In this document: one piece after another, positions 46,950 to 55,620 of the stretch
Layout: every line of letters begins with the position of its first letter
Numbering within the stretch: position 1 is the first letter of the stretch
From: Longimicrobiales bacterium
Lineage (GTDB): Bacteria; Gemmatimonadota; Gemmatimonadetes; Longimicrobiales; Gaopeijiaceae
Reading direction: 5' to 3'
Assembly: GCA_965116905.1 (NCBI GenBank)
Contig: OZ220732.1
Coordinates: forward strand, 1,376,001-1,440,000
Length of the DNA stretch: 64,000 nt
Notes under the pieces: model-generated
What the model was told of the DNA's origin: nothing
Seen by the model: only the letters and a program-made list of their open reading frames with translations
The model's database searches: none
Position numbers and translations under genes: made by a program

Positions 46950-47927
46950 CTACAGCCCCGTGTCCAGTTCGCTCATCCAGGCCTGCATGGCACGCTGGTA
47001 GAAGTTGGGGTTGAAGACGTACCATTCGCCCAGCGATGCGGGAACCTCAAAGGCTTCGGCCGCCTCATCCGGCTCCATGCCGCGGCGCCAGGCAGCTCGG
47101 GCGGCCTCCTCGACCAGGTCGATCAATGCCACGTAGCCGGTCATCGCGGCGTCGTCGGTCAACGGGCCGTGGCCCGGCACGTAGGTGCTCGCGGGCATCG
47201 CCTGCAGTGCCCGCACCGTGCGAGAGAGCTGCGACGGGACTGCATGCGTATAGTTCGGGAACATGGCGTTCCAGACCAGGTCGCCGCACCACACAGGCCC
47301 CTCGCCGCCGTCCACCTCGATCGTGACGTCGCTTGCCGTATGCCCCCGCCGCGGAACCACCGCCACCGTGCGGTCCCCCAGGTCGACATCGAGCGGTCCG
47401 TCCTCCGCAAGCACCGTCACGTCGGCCCACGGTGCGAGGATGGCGTCTCCGCGCGACTCCTGCACCAGCTCCTGCGTCGCCCGAGTGGCTCGCAGCGCGG
47501 GCGCCCGTCCGTTGTCCGGGACAAAGCCCGCGGGCCCGGCGGAGTGATCGCCGTGAAAGTGGGACACCACGACATGGTCCGGCCAGCGCCCGGTGAGATC
47601 GCGGGCCTGCTCGGCGACCCACCTCGCGCCCTCGGGGGTGTTGAAGGCCTCGTACACGAGCGTGCCCGACGACCCGCCGACGATGCCTCCGTTGCAGGTG
47701 GTGGTAAAGTCGCCTTCCAGGGGCGTCGAGATGATCGCGTACATGTTTGCACCGACCTCCTCGATCCGGGCGAACGGGGTCTGGGCCACGACGCGCCCAC
47801 CGGTCGCGGTGCGCCATCTGCCGAGGGCCACCGGCCCGAGAATCGGGGCGATCGCAGCCAGATAGGCACCGCAGCTCGCCGATGCCGACAGGAACTCGCG
47901 ACGGGTACAGTGGTCGAAATGGGTCAT
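46950..47927 (-). CDS. Tat-exported MBL-fold metallohydrolase
   Basis: TRREFL Tat motif, SHFHGDHS, GHTASD, CGDL, VPGHG. Confidence 0.88.
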   Translation of the reverse strand: MTHFDHCTRREFLSASASCGAYLAAIAPILGPVALGRWRTATGGRVVAQTPFARIEEVGANMYAIISTPLEGDFTTTCNGGIVGGSSGTLVYEAFNTPEGARWVAEQARDLTGRWPDHVVVSHFHGDHSAGPAGFVPDNGRAPALRATRATQELVQESRGDAILAPWADVTVLAEDGPLDVDLGDRTVAVVPRRGHTASDVTIEVDGGEGPVWCGDLVWNAMFPNYTHAVPSQLSRTVRALQAMPASTYVPGHGPLTDDAAMTGYVALIDLVEEAARAAWRRGMEPDEAAEAFEVPASLGEWYVFNPNFYQRAMQAWMSELDTGL

Positions 47928-47994
47928 CGGTTTAGTTCCCGGTAGTGTGGATGGCTCAATGGACACCCCGCACTATGATGCGTCGCGGCCCCAC

Positions 47995-48066
47995 GGGGAA
48001 GAGGGCGCGGCCGTTGTCGAAAGGGCGCGGCGCGCGATGCGGCGGGTGATCAAGCGGGGTTCTTGA
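47995..48066 (+). pseudogene. Isolated duplicate of the last 24 codons of the merR-like gene
   Basis: GEEGAAVVERARRAMRRVIKRGS* versus GEEDAAIVERVRRAMRRVIRRGR* (44125..44196); 58/72 nt identical by manual alignment. Confidence 0.75.
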
Positions 48067-48091
48067 TTGCAACGCAATCGTTGTTTAGACT
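48063..48091 (+). promoter_or_regulatory. fitAB/vapBC promoter with overlapping operator palindrome
   Basis: TTGATT-N17-TAGACT with GATTGC-AAC-GCAATC at 48065..48079; GAGGAGG RBS downstream. Confidence 0.6.
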
Positions 48092-48115
48092 TCTCGACGA
48101 CGAGGAGGTACGACC

Positions 48116-48358
48116 ATGGCCAGCATCACGATCCGCAACCTGGATGACGAGGTGAAGACCCGCTTGCGAGTACGGGCGGCGGGTAACGGCCGTTCCATGG
48201 AGGAGGAAGTGCGGCTCATCCTGCGCGATGCCGTGGGGCGCAGGCCCAGTTCTCGAAATCTGGCTAGCATCGTCCGCTCCCACTTCGGGTCGGCCAGGGG
48301 CGTGGACCTGGAGTTGCCTCCCCGTGAGGCCGCGCGTGAGCCACCGTCCTTCGAGTGA
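48116..48358 (+). CDS. FitA-like ribbon-helix-helix antitoxin
   Basis: MASITIRNLDDEVKTRLRVRAAGNGRSMEEEVRLIL. Confidence 0.9.
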   Translation: MASITIRNLDDEVKTRLRVRAAGNGRSMEEEVRLILRDAVGRRPSSRNLASIVRSHFGSARGVDLELPPREAAREPPSFE

Positions 48359-48375
48359 GTTCGCGGGGATTGTCC

Positions 48376-48795
48376 ATGCTGTTGGACACCAACGTCGTGT
48401 CCGAACTGGTTCGCAAGTCACCCAATCCTGCGGTGGTGACCTGGGTCTCGGCCCACGCCCTGGAAGATCTGTTCCTTTCCGCGGTTAGCGAAGCGGAGCT
48501 GCGTTACGGCGTGGCCATCCTGCCGGTGGGCCGACGGCGGGACAGGATGTTCTTCCAGATTGAGGCGATGCTGCGAGAAGCGTTCGAGGACCGAGTGTTG
48601 CCGTTCGACAGCGACGCCGCGGGCGCGTACGGGAACATTGCGGCTGGCCGCCGCTCCACCGGACGCCCCGTGGCAGTTGCGGATTGCCAGATCGCGGCGA
48701 TTGCGGCGTCCCGCGGCATGGCGGTGGCGACGCGAAACGTCCGCGATTTCGAGAACATGGGAATCGAGATCGTGGATCCCTGGGCAGGCGCGTAG
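48376..48795 (+). CDS. vapC: PIN-domain VapC/FitB toxin (alternative start GTG 48355)
   Basis: LLDTNVVSE, EAELRYG, ADCQIAAIA, ATRNVRDF acidic active-site residues. Confidence 0.92.
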   Translation: MLLDTNVVSELVRKSPNPAVVTWVSAHALEDLFLSAVSEAELRYGVAILPVGRRRDRMFFQIEAMLREAFEDRVLPFDSDAAGAYGNIAAGRRSTGRPVAVADCQIAAIAASRGMAVATRNVRDFENMGIEIVDPWAGA

Positions 48796-48861
48796 CTACG
48801 GCCCGATCAACTAGCTACGGCCCGATCAACTAGCTACGGCCCGATCAACTCGCTCCGGCCC
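48793..48861. repeat. 19-bp perfect tandem repeat x3 plus degenerate partial (TAGCTACGGCCCGATCAAC)
   Basis: Units at 48793, 48812, 48831; spans the vapC stop and the convergent M14 stop. Confidence 0.9.
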
Positions 48862-51800
48862 CCTTCTCCTCTTCCTTCTCCTCCCTCGGCGGCCGCTCAC
48901 GGCTCATCCTCAGCGTCACGCCGCCCCGGAACCGTGACCCGCTGCGCTCCACCTCGTGATCCCCGTCGTACAGGTAGTCCAGGATCGCCTGGTCCCACGA
49001 CAGTCCGGCCTTGGCCACCAGCTCCATCCAGGGCCCGTACGCGGTCTCGTCGGGAGCTTCGGTGATGCCGTTCCAGATCGTGATCCTGGGGTTGAACGCG
49101 CCGCCGCCGCCCCCTCGTGAGCCCTTCAGCGGCATCTCGATCAGGACGCTGTCGGTCATGGGCAGGCGGAAGACCTCGGAGTCGAAGTCGGCTCCGTAGC
49201 GGCGGTAGCGGTCGTAGGTGCGCTGGTTCATCTCGAAGACGTCGCGGTTCGAGTTGATCCCTGCGGTGATGTAGTCCCGGATCTTGAACGCGGCGTCCTT
49301 GTGGCGCGGGAAATCGGGGTCGTCGACGTACCCGAACCCCGGCATGAACCATCCCTTGTTCAACCCCCAGTTGCGCTCGGTCACACGGCCGCGCCGCACG
49401 AGGCCCGAGTACTCGGAGAACAGTTGCACGACCTGGTGGCTCGGATAGCCGTGCGGATTGAGGAAGATGTCGGGCAGCCAGCGTTCCCAGAGCTGGCCGC
49501 GCACCTTCGACTCGGGGTAGATGGGGAAGTCCTGGCCGCCGCCGGATGTGACGTCCATCCCCAGCGACGCCAGATAGCCCGCGTGCAGGATGTAGTCGGG
49601 CGTGATCCGGTACAGGTCGTAGGCGAGTTGCGCGCCGTCGGGGTTGGTGAAGGGGTGGATGACGACGTTGACCCTGTCCAGCCTGGCCCGCTGCTCCGGA
49701 TCGGTGAGCAGCAGTTCGGCGTGACGAAGGACGTGGCTCGTGGACGAGACCTCGTTGGCGTGTTGCCGGGCCGAGTAGATCACGGTGGGCTTGAACGTCG
49801 TCGCCTTGGCGCGCGACCAGTGGGTGGCGGTGATCGGCGGCATCAGGTCCATCGCCCAGGTGGTCCTGCCCAGGTAGCTCTTGCCGACCCTGTACATGGT
49901 GGCCTCGTCGAAGGCGTGGCTCAGCTTGGCCGTCATCTCGTGGCCTTCGGGCGGCGGGATGGGAGTGTCCCACTGGACGATGCGCTCGCCGTCGTAGCTC
50001 CAGCCTTCCGGGACCAGGTCGGTCCACACCGGGAGCGGGGCCGGGGCGCCGTTGCCCGGTAGGGTGGCCGCGACGCGCGCCGAATCGTTCTGTTCGTGGG
50101 TCCACTCGGCCCACACGCCGATCTCGCCGACATCGCGGTAGGCGAGCGCGTCGCCGTACAGGCCCGCGTCGCGCAGCGCGCCGAGGTTGGCGAGGGTGGC
50201 CGCGACCTGCTCGGCCGAGATCATGCGGGCGTCGACCTGCTCGGGACGGGCCTGAATGAGCAGCCTGTCGCGCTCGTCGGTCTCGGAGTCGACGCGCACC
50301 CGGAGGTCGAGGCGGGGAAGCGCGGGGGCCCCGGCCGCCCCGGGGGCGATCACTGCACGGCGCAGGCTCGGGCGCTCCATCGTGACCTTCGGAATATCGA
50401 GCCGCTCTTCGCCCTCCCGCCCGTCGCGGGTCCGGTACCGCACGACCACGGCCGGTCGATCCGTCGCGAACCCGGTGAGGCTGATGCGCCCGCGTCCAGC
50501 CGCGCCGTCCCGCTTCGGGCGCATGACGGGAATGATGCGGCCCGGATAGGTCAGGTCCTGGCCGCGCGCGTTGCGTCCGAGCAGGTGGAAGAACTCGATC
50601 GTGCCGAAGTAGATCTCCTCGTGCAGGGCGTCCATCGTCGAGATGATCTCGTTGTCGACGCCCAGGCGGTAGTCGGGCTCGCTGAGTTCGAGTTCGACGT
50701 TCAGCGTCCCGAAGAAGGGCGCGTCCGCGCCGCCGCCGCGCGGATTCCCGTCGTGGCGGTCCATCACGTAGTCGTAGACCGCGGGCAGCGTGCGTTCCTG
50801 GTAGTGGTCCCAGAACCCCTCGGGGTCGGTGACGATGCGTCCGTGGGCGAGGGTGTCCGGCGACGTGTCCCCCGAAGTGTCCCCCTCGGCTATTGCGGTG
50901 ACCCAGCCCGTCGTGACGCGCACGTGTTCGTAGTCGCGGAAGCGGTCGAAGTACGGACGCAACACCCAGACGGGGTCGAAGGTGTCCTCGACGATGGTGC
51001 TTCCGTCCGGTGCGTGGGCCCGGACCCGGTAGATGGGCCCGCTGTCCACCATTTCGAAGCGGATCCGCTCGAGGGAGAGGCCCAGATCCTCGGCCAGGAC
51101 CTCGTCGATCGGAAAGATCTCGTGCAGCCACCGCAGCGGCGTGTGAATCGCCTGTTGCGGCCAGTCGGCCGGCGGGTCGTTCCTCAGAAACTCGATCACG
51201 ACCTCGTCGATCTCCTGCCCGGCAAGCCGGGGGGCGATCCGCTCCGTCAGCCAGAAGAAGCCCTGCTTGAACGCGGACAGCACCTCGACGGTGGTGGCGT
51301 CGGGGTCCGCGCCGGCCGCGATCAGACGGTTCCGGGCCTCCGCTTCGACCGTCCGGCGGACCTCGGGCGGCTCGGAGAGGCGTGCGTGAAGCCGAATCGC
51401 CTGCTCCGGGCGGACCGCGGGCAGTACCTGGTTCTCGAAGACCGTCCAGAAACGGTCCACCTCGGAGGGCACCGTGAAGGTCTCGTCGAAGATCGTGTCG
51501 GCGCGCTGCACGTCGCGGTTGTCGACCGTGACGGTGATCTCGTCGGCGCCCAGTGCGGCGGCCCTCGCGCGCACGAAGTCGGCCAGCCCGTTGGCGGGCT
51601 TCTCGAGTGATAGCATGATGTCCGCCGCCGCGACATCGTCGTCCGCGAGTCCGGCGAAGATCCGGTCGAGCTTGTACAGCCCGACCGCGGCCTGCCCTGC
51701 CGGCGTCCGGCCCGAGAGCGTGGCCCAGAGCTCGTACTCGATGTCGTCGAAGGTGGGCGTGTCGTCGCCGCGTACGCTGACGTTGGGGAAGACCTCGGCG

Positions 51801-53302
51801 AGGCGTTGTGTCGCGAGCGTCGCGCCGTCGTGGTCCGCGCCGGTGACCACCACGGCGGACTTGCTGCCGAACGCGTCGGGCACGAGTTCGATGAGGCCCT
51901 GGCCGGGGCCCAGGTCGCCGGTCGAGATCCTGCCGGAGTCCGCCAACTCGTCGATGAACGGGTGGTCGCTGCCGACGAGCACGGCCGTGGGCTCGCTCGC
52001 GGCGGACTCGATTTCGTCCAGCCGGCGGACCAGCGGCACGGTCAGACCGGTGGCCTCGAGACCCATGCGGGCGGTGAGATCGGCCACGCCCTCGGCGCCG
52101 CTTCCCGGCACCACGACCACCCCGATCCCGGTGGGGATGTCGCTTCCCGTGAGGAATCCGTCGGTGGTGTAGAGGTTGGAGAGGTCGAGGTCGCCGCTGC
52201 CGCCGCCGGGGCGCGCGGAACCGCCGCCCGAGGGCCCGGGTTCGGCCAGCGTCGGGAGGACGACCCGGCGTCCGCCCGCGCCGACGGTGAGCGAGGCCAG
52301 GCCGGGCAGGCGAAGGTCGGCCGAATCGGGCCCTGCGGCGTTGTCGCCGAGGCGTTCCCAGGCGAGGAACTGCAGTTGGTCGAGCGCGTCGGCGGCGCGG
52401 CCGGGGTCGGGACCGGATTCGAAGTCCAGATCGGCGTGGAGATGGACGCCGCCTGCGGACGCATCGAGCGTGGCGCGGGAGTAGTGGAGCGTGGCGGCGG
52501 ACGCCGTGGTGTCGCCCGCGTTCAGCCAGGTGGACAGTTCGTCGCCGACGTCGGTGAGCGAGGGACCGGACAGGGTCCGGACGTGCGGAAGAGCGCCGGC
52601 GAGGAGGCGGGCCGCGCCGAGAAGGGCATCGTCGTCGCCGCCCAGGACGGCCAGCCAGCGGTCGCCGGAGGGGGTGGTGTGGGTGGCGACGGTTGGGGGG
52701 AAGGAGGAGGTGGGCGGCGGATCGCCGGATGGGGGGTCCGCGCCGGGGGTCGCCGTATCGGGGATCGCCGCGTCGGGGGCTGCCGAGGCGGGGATCCCCG
52801 AGGGGTCGACACCGAAGTCCGCGACGGAAAGCCCGGCCGCCTCGACGGCGCGGTGGCCGATCAGGATGCCGATCTGGCCGGGCCGGGGGCCGCGCCGGAT
52901 TGGGAGGTCGAGCGCCATCGTCTCGAATCCCAGCCGCGCGGTGATGTCGGCGGCGGCGGCCCGCTCGGCGTCGGTGGGGTCGGGCGCGAAGATCAGCGCC
53001 GCGCCGAGGCGGTCGGGCACGCCGTCGCCGTTCTCGTCAAGGAGGAGATGTCCGAGATCGAACAGCGTGGCCAGGTGGAAGGGGGGCGGGGTGGGGGGTG
53101 GTTGGGCGGTGGCGGGGTGGAGGGGGAGGAGGGTGGCCAGGATGGCCAGGGTGGCCAGCGTCCCCGGGATGCCGGTTCGCGCGCGCTGCGGGAGGGTAGT
53201 GAACGACGTCAAACCCGGTCGGGTGTCCGATTTTGTCATTAGCGTGTCCGGTTTTGACATATGCTCGTCCGTTTTTGGCACAGGTATGTCCGGTTTTGAC
53301 AT
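48845..53302 (-). CDS. Very large (about 1485 aa) exported M14-family zinc metallopeptidase
   Basis: C-terminal ARQHANEVSST (HxxE), NPDG, LNPHGYPSH; N-terminal DENGDGVPD Ca-loop-like motif; TAATG coupling with the upstream gene. Confidence 0.8.
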   Translation of the reverse strand: MSKPDIPVPKTDEHMSKPDTLMTKSDTRPGLTSFTTLPQRARTGIPGTLATLAILATLLPLHPATAQPPPTPPPFHLATLFDLGHLLLDENGDGVPDRLGAALIFAPDPTDAERAAAADITARLGFETMALDLPIRRGPRPGQIGILIGHRAVEAAGLSVADFGVDPSGIPASAAPDAAIPDTATPGADPPSGDPPPTSSFPPTVATHTTPSGDRWLAVLGGDDDALLGAARLLAGALPHVRTLSGPSLTDVGDELSTWLNAGDTTASAATLHYSRATLDASAGGVHLHADLDFESGPDPGRAADALDQLQFLAWERLGDNAAGPDSADLRLPGLASLTVGAGGRRVVLPTLAEPGPSGGGSARPGGGSGDLDLSNLYTTDGFLTGSDIPTGIGVVVVPGSGAEGVADLTARMGLEATGLTVPLVRRLDEIESAASEPTAVLVGSDHPFIDELADSGRISTGDLGPGQGLIELVPDAFGSKSAVVVTGADHDGATLATQRLAEVFPNVSVRGDDTPTFDDIEYELWATLSGRTPAGQAAVGLYKLDRIFAGLADDDVAAADIMLSLEKPANGLADFVRARAAALGADEITVTVDNRDVQRADTIFDETFTVPSEVDRFWTVFENQVLPAVRPEQAIRLHARLSEPPEVRRTVEAEARNRLIAAGADPDATTVEVLSAFKQGFFWLTERIAPRLAGQEIDEVVIEFLRNDPPADWPQQAIHTPLRWLHEIFPIDEVLAEDLGLSLERIRFEMVDSGPIYRVRAHAPDGSTIVEDTFDPVWVLRPYFDRFRDYEHVRVTTGWVTAIAEGDTSGDTSPDTLAHGRIVTDPEGFWDHYQERTLPAVYDYVMDRHDGNPRGGGADAPFFGTLNVELELSEPDYRLGVDNEIISTMDALHEEIYFGTIEFFHLLGRNARGQDLTYPGRIIPVMRPKRDGAAGRGRISLTGFATDRPAVVVRYRTRDGREGEERLDIPKVTMERPSLRRAVIAPGAAGAPALPRLDLRVRVDSETDERDRLLIQARPEQVDARMISAEQVAATLANLGALRDAGLYGDALAYRDVGEIGVWAEWTHEQNDSARVAATLPGNGAPAPLPVWTDLVPEGWSYDGERIVQWDTPIPPPEGHEMTAKLSHAFDEATMYRVGKSYLGRTTWAMDLMPPITATHWSRAKATTFKPTVIYSARQHANEVSSTSHVLRHAELLLTDPEQRARLDRVNVVIHPFTNPDGAQLAYDLYRITPDYILHAGYLASLGMDVTSGGGQDFPIYPESKVRGQLWERWLPDIFLNPHGYPSHQVVQLFSEYSGLVRRGRVTERNWGLNKGWFMPGFGYVDDPDFPRHKDAAFKIRDYITAGINSNRDVFEMNQRTYDRYRRYGADFDSEVFRLPMTDSVLIEMPLKGSRGGGGGAFNPRITIWNGITEAPDETAYGPWMELVAKAGLSWDQAILDYLYDGDHEVERSGSRFRGGVTLRMSRERPPREEKEEEKGAGAS

Positions 53303-53306
53303 TACC
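53223..53306. repeat. Four imperfect 21-bp units, consensus core RTGTCCGGTTTTGACAT (palindrome TGTC-N7-GACA)
   Basis: Units at 53223, 53244, 53265, 53286; encode MSKPDIP/VPKTDEH/MSKPDTL/MTKSDTR. Confidence 0.75.
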
Positions 53307-55620
53307 GCCGGGATTCCTCCCCCGGACGGTAGCTCGTGATCGTCGTCCGGCGGATGTCCTCGTCCGTCCACGCGATCTCCTTCGTTTCGCCGCGTGCGAA
53401 CATGGCCGCCTGATCCGCGTGGTGGGGGGCACCGGCGCGCGCGGTCTGGCCGTACGCGAGGACCGTCCGGGCCCGTGGGATGTCCCCGAACTCGACCACG
53501 AAGACCCAGGAATCGCCCCGATTGGCCGCGAGTCGCCCGTCTTCGGTCGGCGCGAAGGACAGGACGCGGAAGCACCCCAGGGTGGGCGGGCAGCCGGACA
53601 CCGGCTCGTCCACCTCACCCCGTATCACGCGGTGCACCTGGCCCCACGGGGCATCGAGGGCGATGCCCTGAGCTCGCAGGAACTCGACCGAACGCCCAAG
53701 CGCCTGCACCGCCGCGTTGGCGTCGCTCAATCCGTAGGGCGTAGCGGCCGGACGCATGGGATCCCACGGCTCGCGCCAGCGCACCGGCCCGCCGGCGTCG
53801 GTGGCTGTCCCGTCGAAGTCCCCATCGAAGTATTGACTCGCCCAGCGGACGAACAGGACCCCGCCCCGGCTGTCGGCACCCGCGGTCAGGTCCCAGCCGG
53901 ACAGAACCTCCACGGCCTCCCGAACCCCCGGATCGCCCGAGGCCCGCGCCGCTTCCAGGAGGTCGTCGATGACGCGCTCGGCCAGCAGCATCCGCGGCGT
54001 GTGCTTCAGCGCGACCACGTGTTCCACGGTGAGGAGCCGCCCTCCGGACTCCGGTGCACCCGAGATCCCCGGCGCACCGGAGATTCCCGGCGCTCCCGCG
54101 GTGCCACCCGCTCCCGCCGCTGCCGCCGCCAGCTCCAGAGACAGCTGGCTCCGCAGCCGCAGCCTCGGTTCCGGCAGGTTGGCGGGCACCGTGTCCCGGT
54201 CCATCGGTACGTTGAGGTTGGTGTAGTCGGGGGTGTCGTTCGCCTGTTGGACGTACCCGCCCGGCGGGTTGAGGTACAGCGGCAGGCTCTCCCAGGGGAC
54301 CAGTTCCGACCAGATGTCGGCCGAAGTCGTGGCGAGCGCCGCGGTGTCGCCGGTCACTGGGTGGGGCAGAAGCGGCAAGCGCGCATTGTAGTAGTGCGCG
54401 ATGTTTCCGTCCCGGTCGGCGTACGTGAAGTTCGATGTCGGATGCGCGCGCATCTTCATGACATCGAGCCATTCCTCGAGGCTCCGGGCCATCATCATCC
54501 GCAGGAACTGCTCGCCGCGCCGAAACTCGCCGTCGCGGGGATCCTTCAGCAGGTACACGTGTTCGTCGGTGCGGTGGATGACCGGCCCGTGCGGCGTGTG
54601 CCAGGAAACGCGGGTCTCGACGGCGCTGCCACCGCCGGGCGTCCGGTAGTCGACGGTCGTCTCGCGTCTCTCAAGAGCCAGCGGCCGGCCGTCAAGCAGT
54701 GCATGGTCGGCCAGGTCCGGGTGCATCCGCAGCTTGTACACCTGCGAAAGCGTCGGATAGTTGTTCGTCGTGGCCCATCCCAGCCGGGCGTTGAAGCCGC
54801 CGATGATCCCGAACGCGGTCCCGATTCGCAGGTCCCCGTAGAAGTCGATCACGCCCGGCACCCGCACATGCCCCTCGTAGTAGGTCAGTCCGGATGGCCG
54901 TTCGAGCAGGTCGTGCCGGCCTTCCCAGGGCAGGTGGGGGTTGCGAAGAAGGATGGTGTTGCCGGACGCGGTGCGCGTGCCGTGAAACGCCCACGCGTTG
55001 GATCCGTCGAGTGCGAAAGACGACGGCGGCTGCTCCGGCGCGTCCTCGTCGCTCAGTCCGGCCACGAAGCGGGCCGCGTCGGCGCGGCTCCAGCCCTGAA
55101 CATCCCGTGCGAGCGCGTCGGCGCCGGTGAAATCGGCGGTCAGCCAGGCGGGGAACTCGTCGGGGTGCAGCCGGATGTAGTGATTCACACCCTCCGCGAA
55201 GCCCCGGTAGACGTCCTGCGTGCGCGGCTCCAGACGGTGGAACGTCTCCACCGCCCGGGCGTGGACCGGACGGGCCGCGAAGTCGGCGTCGAGTTCCTCC
55301 GGGCCGAGGTGGCGGGCGAGGGTGCCCCGGCTCGCCATCATGGCCATGGCGATCGACATGCTGTAGTCCTCGGACTGGACGTATCCGAGGCCGAAGCCCA
55401 TCGCTTCGAGATCGTCGGCGAAGATGTGGGGGATTCCGTACTCGGTCCGGTGGACCATGACGCGCTGGGCCAGGTCAATGGCTGGATCGGCCGCGGTGGC
55501 TGGGTCACGCACCGTGGGTGGATCGGTCTGCCCCATGGCCACGCCGCCGGGCGTGGCGAGGGCCGCGAGCGCTACGGCCAACGTCGCCGCGACCGCCCAC
55601 GGGGTATCCCGCAGGCTCAC
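53302..55620 (-). CDS. Penicillin acylase / Ntn-hydrolase (peptidase S45) family protein
   Basis: RTEYGIPHIFA, GSNAWAF (N-terminal nucleophile Ser), LLRNPHLPW, TPHGPV, NFTYADRDGNI; GTGA overlap fixes the start. Confidence 0.9.
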   Translation of the reverse strand: MSLRDTPWAVAATLAVALAALATPGGVAMGQTDPPTVRDPATAADPAIDLAQRVMVHRTEYGIPHIFADDLEAMGFGLGYVQSEDYSMSIAMAMMASRGTLARHLGPEELDADFAARPVHARAVETFHRLEPRTQDVYRGFAEGVNHYIRLHPDEFPAWLTADFTGADALARDVQGWSRADAARFVAGLSDEDAPEQPPSSFALDGSNAWAFHGTRTASGNTILLRNPHLPWEGRHDLLERPSGLTYYEGHVRVPGVIDFYGDLRIGTAFGIIGGFNARLGWATTNNYPTLSQVYKLRMHPDLADHALLDGRPLALERRETTVDYRTPGGGSAVETRVSWHTPHGPVIHRTDEHVYLLKDPRDGEFRRGEQFLRMMMARSLEEWLDVMKMRAHPTSNFTYADRDGNIAHYYNARLPLLPHPVTGDTAALATTSADIWSELVPWESLPLYLNPPGGYVQQANDTPDYTNLNVPMDRDTVPANLPEPRLRLRSQLSLELAAAAAGAGGTAGAPGISGAPGISGAPESGGRLLTVEHVVALKHTPRMLLAERVIDDLLEAARASGDPGVREAVEVLSGWDLTAGADSRGGVLFVRWASQYFDGDFDGTATDAGGPVRWREPWDPMRPAATPYGLSDANAAVQALGRSVEFLRAQGIALDAPWGQVHRVIRGEVDEPVSGCPPTLGCFRVLSFAPTEDGRLAANRGDSWVFVVEFGDIPRARTVLAYGQTARAGAPHHADQAAMFARGETKEIAWTDEDIRRTTITSYRPGEESRR

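Noticed and set aside
48793..48861. Possible mini-CRISPR array
   Set aside because: Units are contiguous with no spacers, only 19 bp long, and no cas genes are present.
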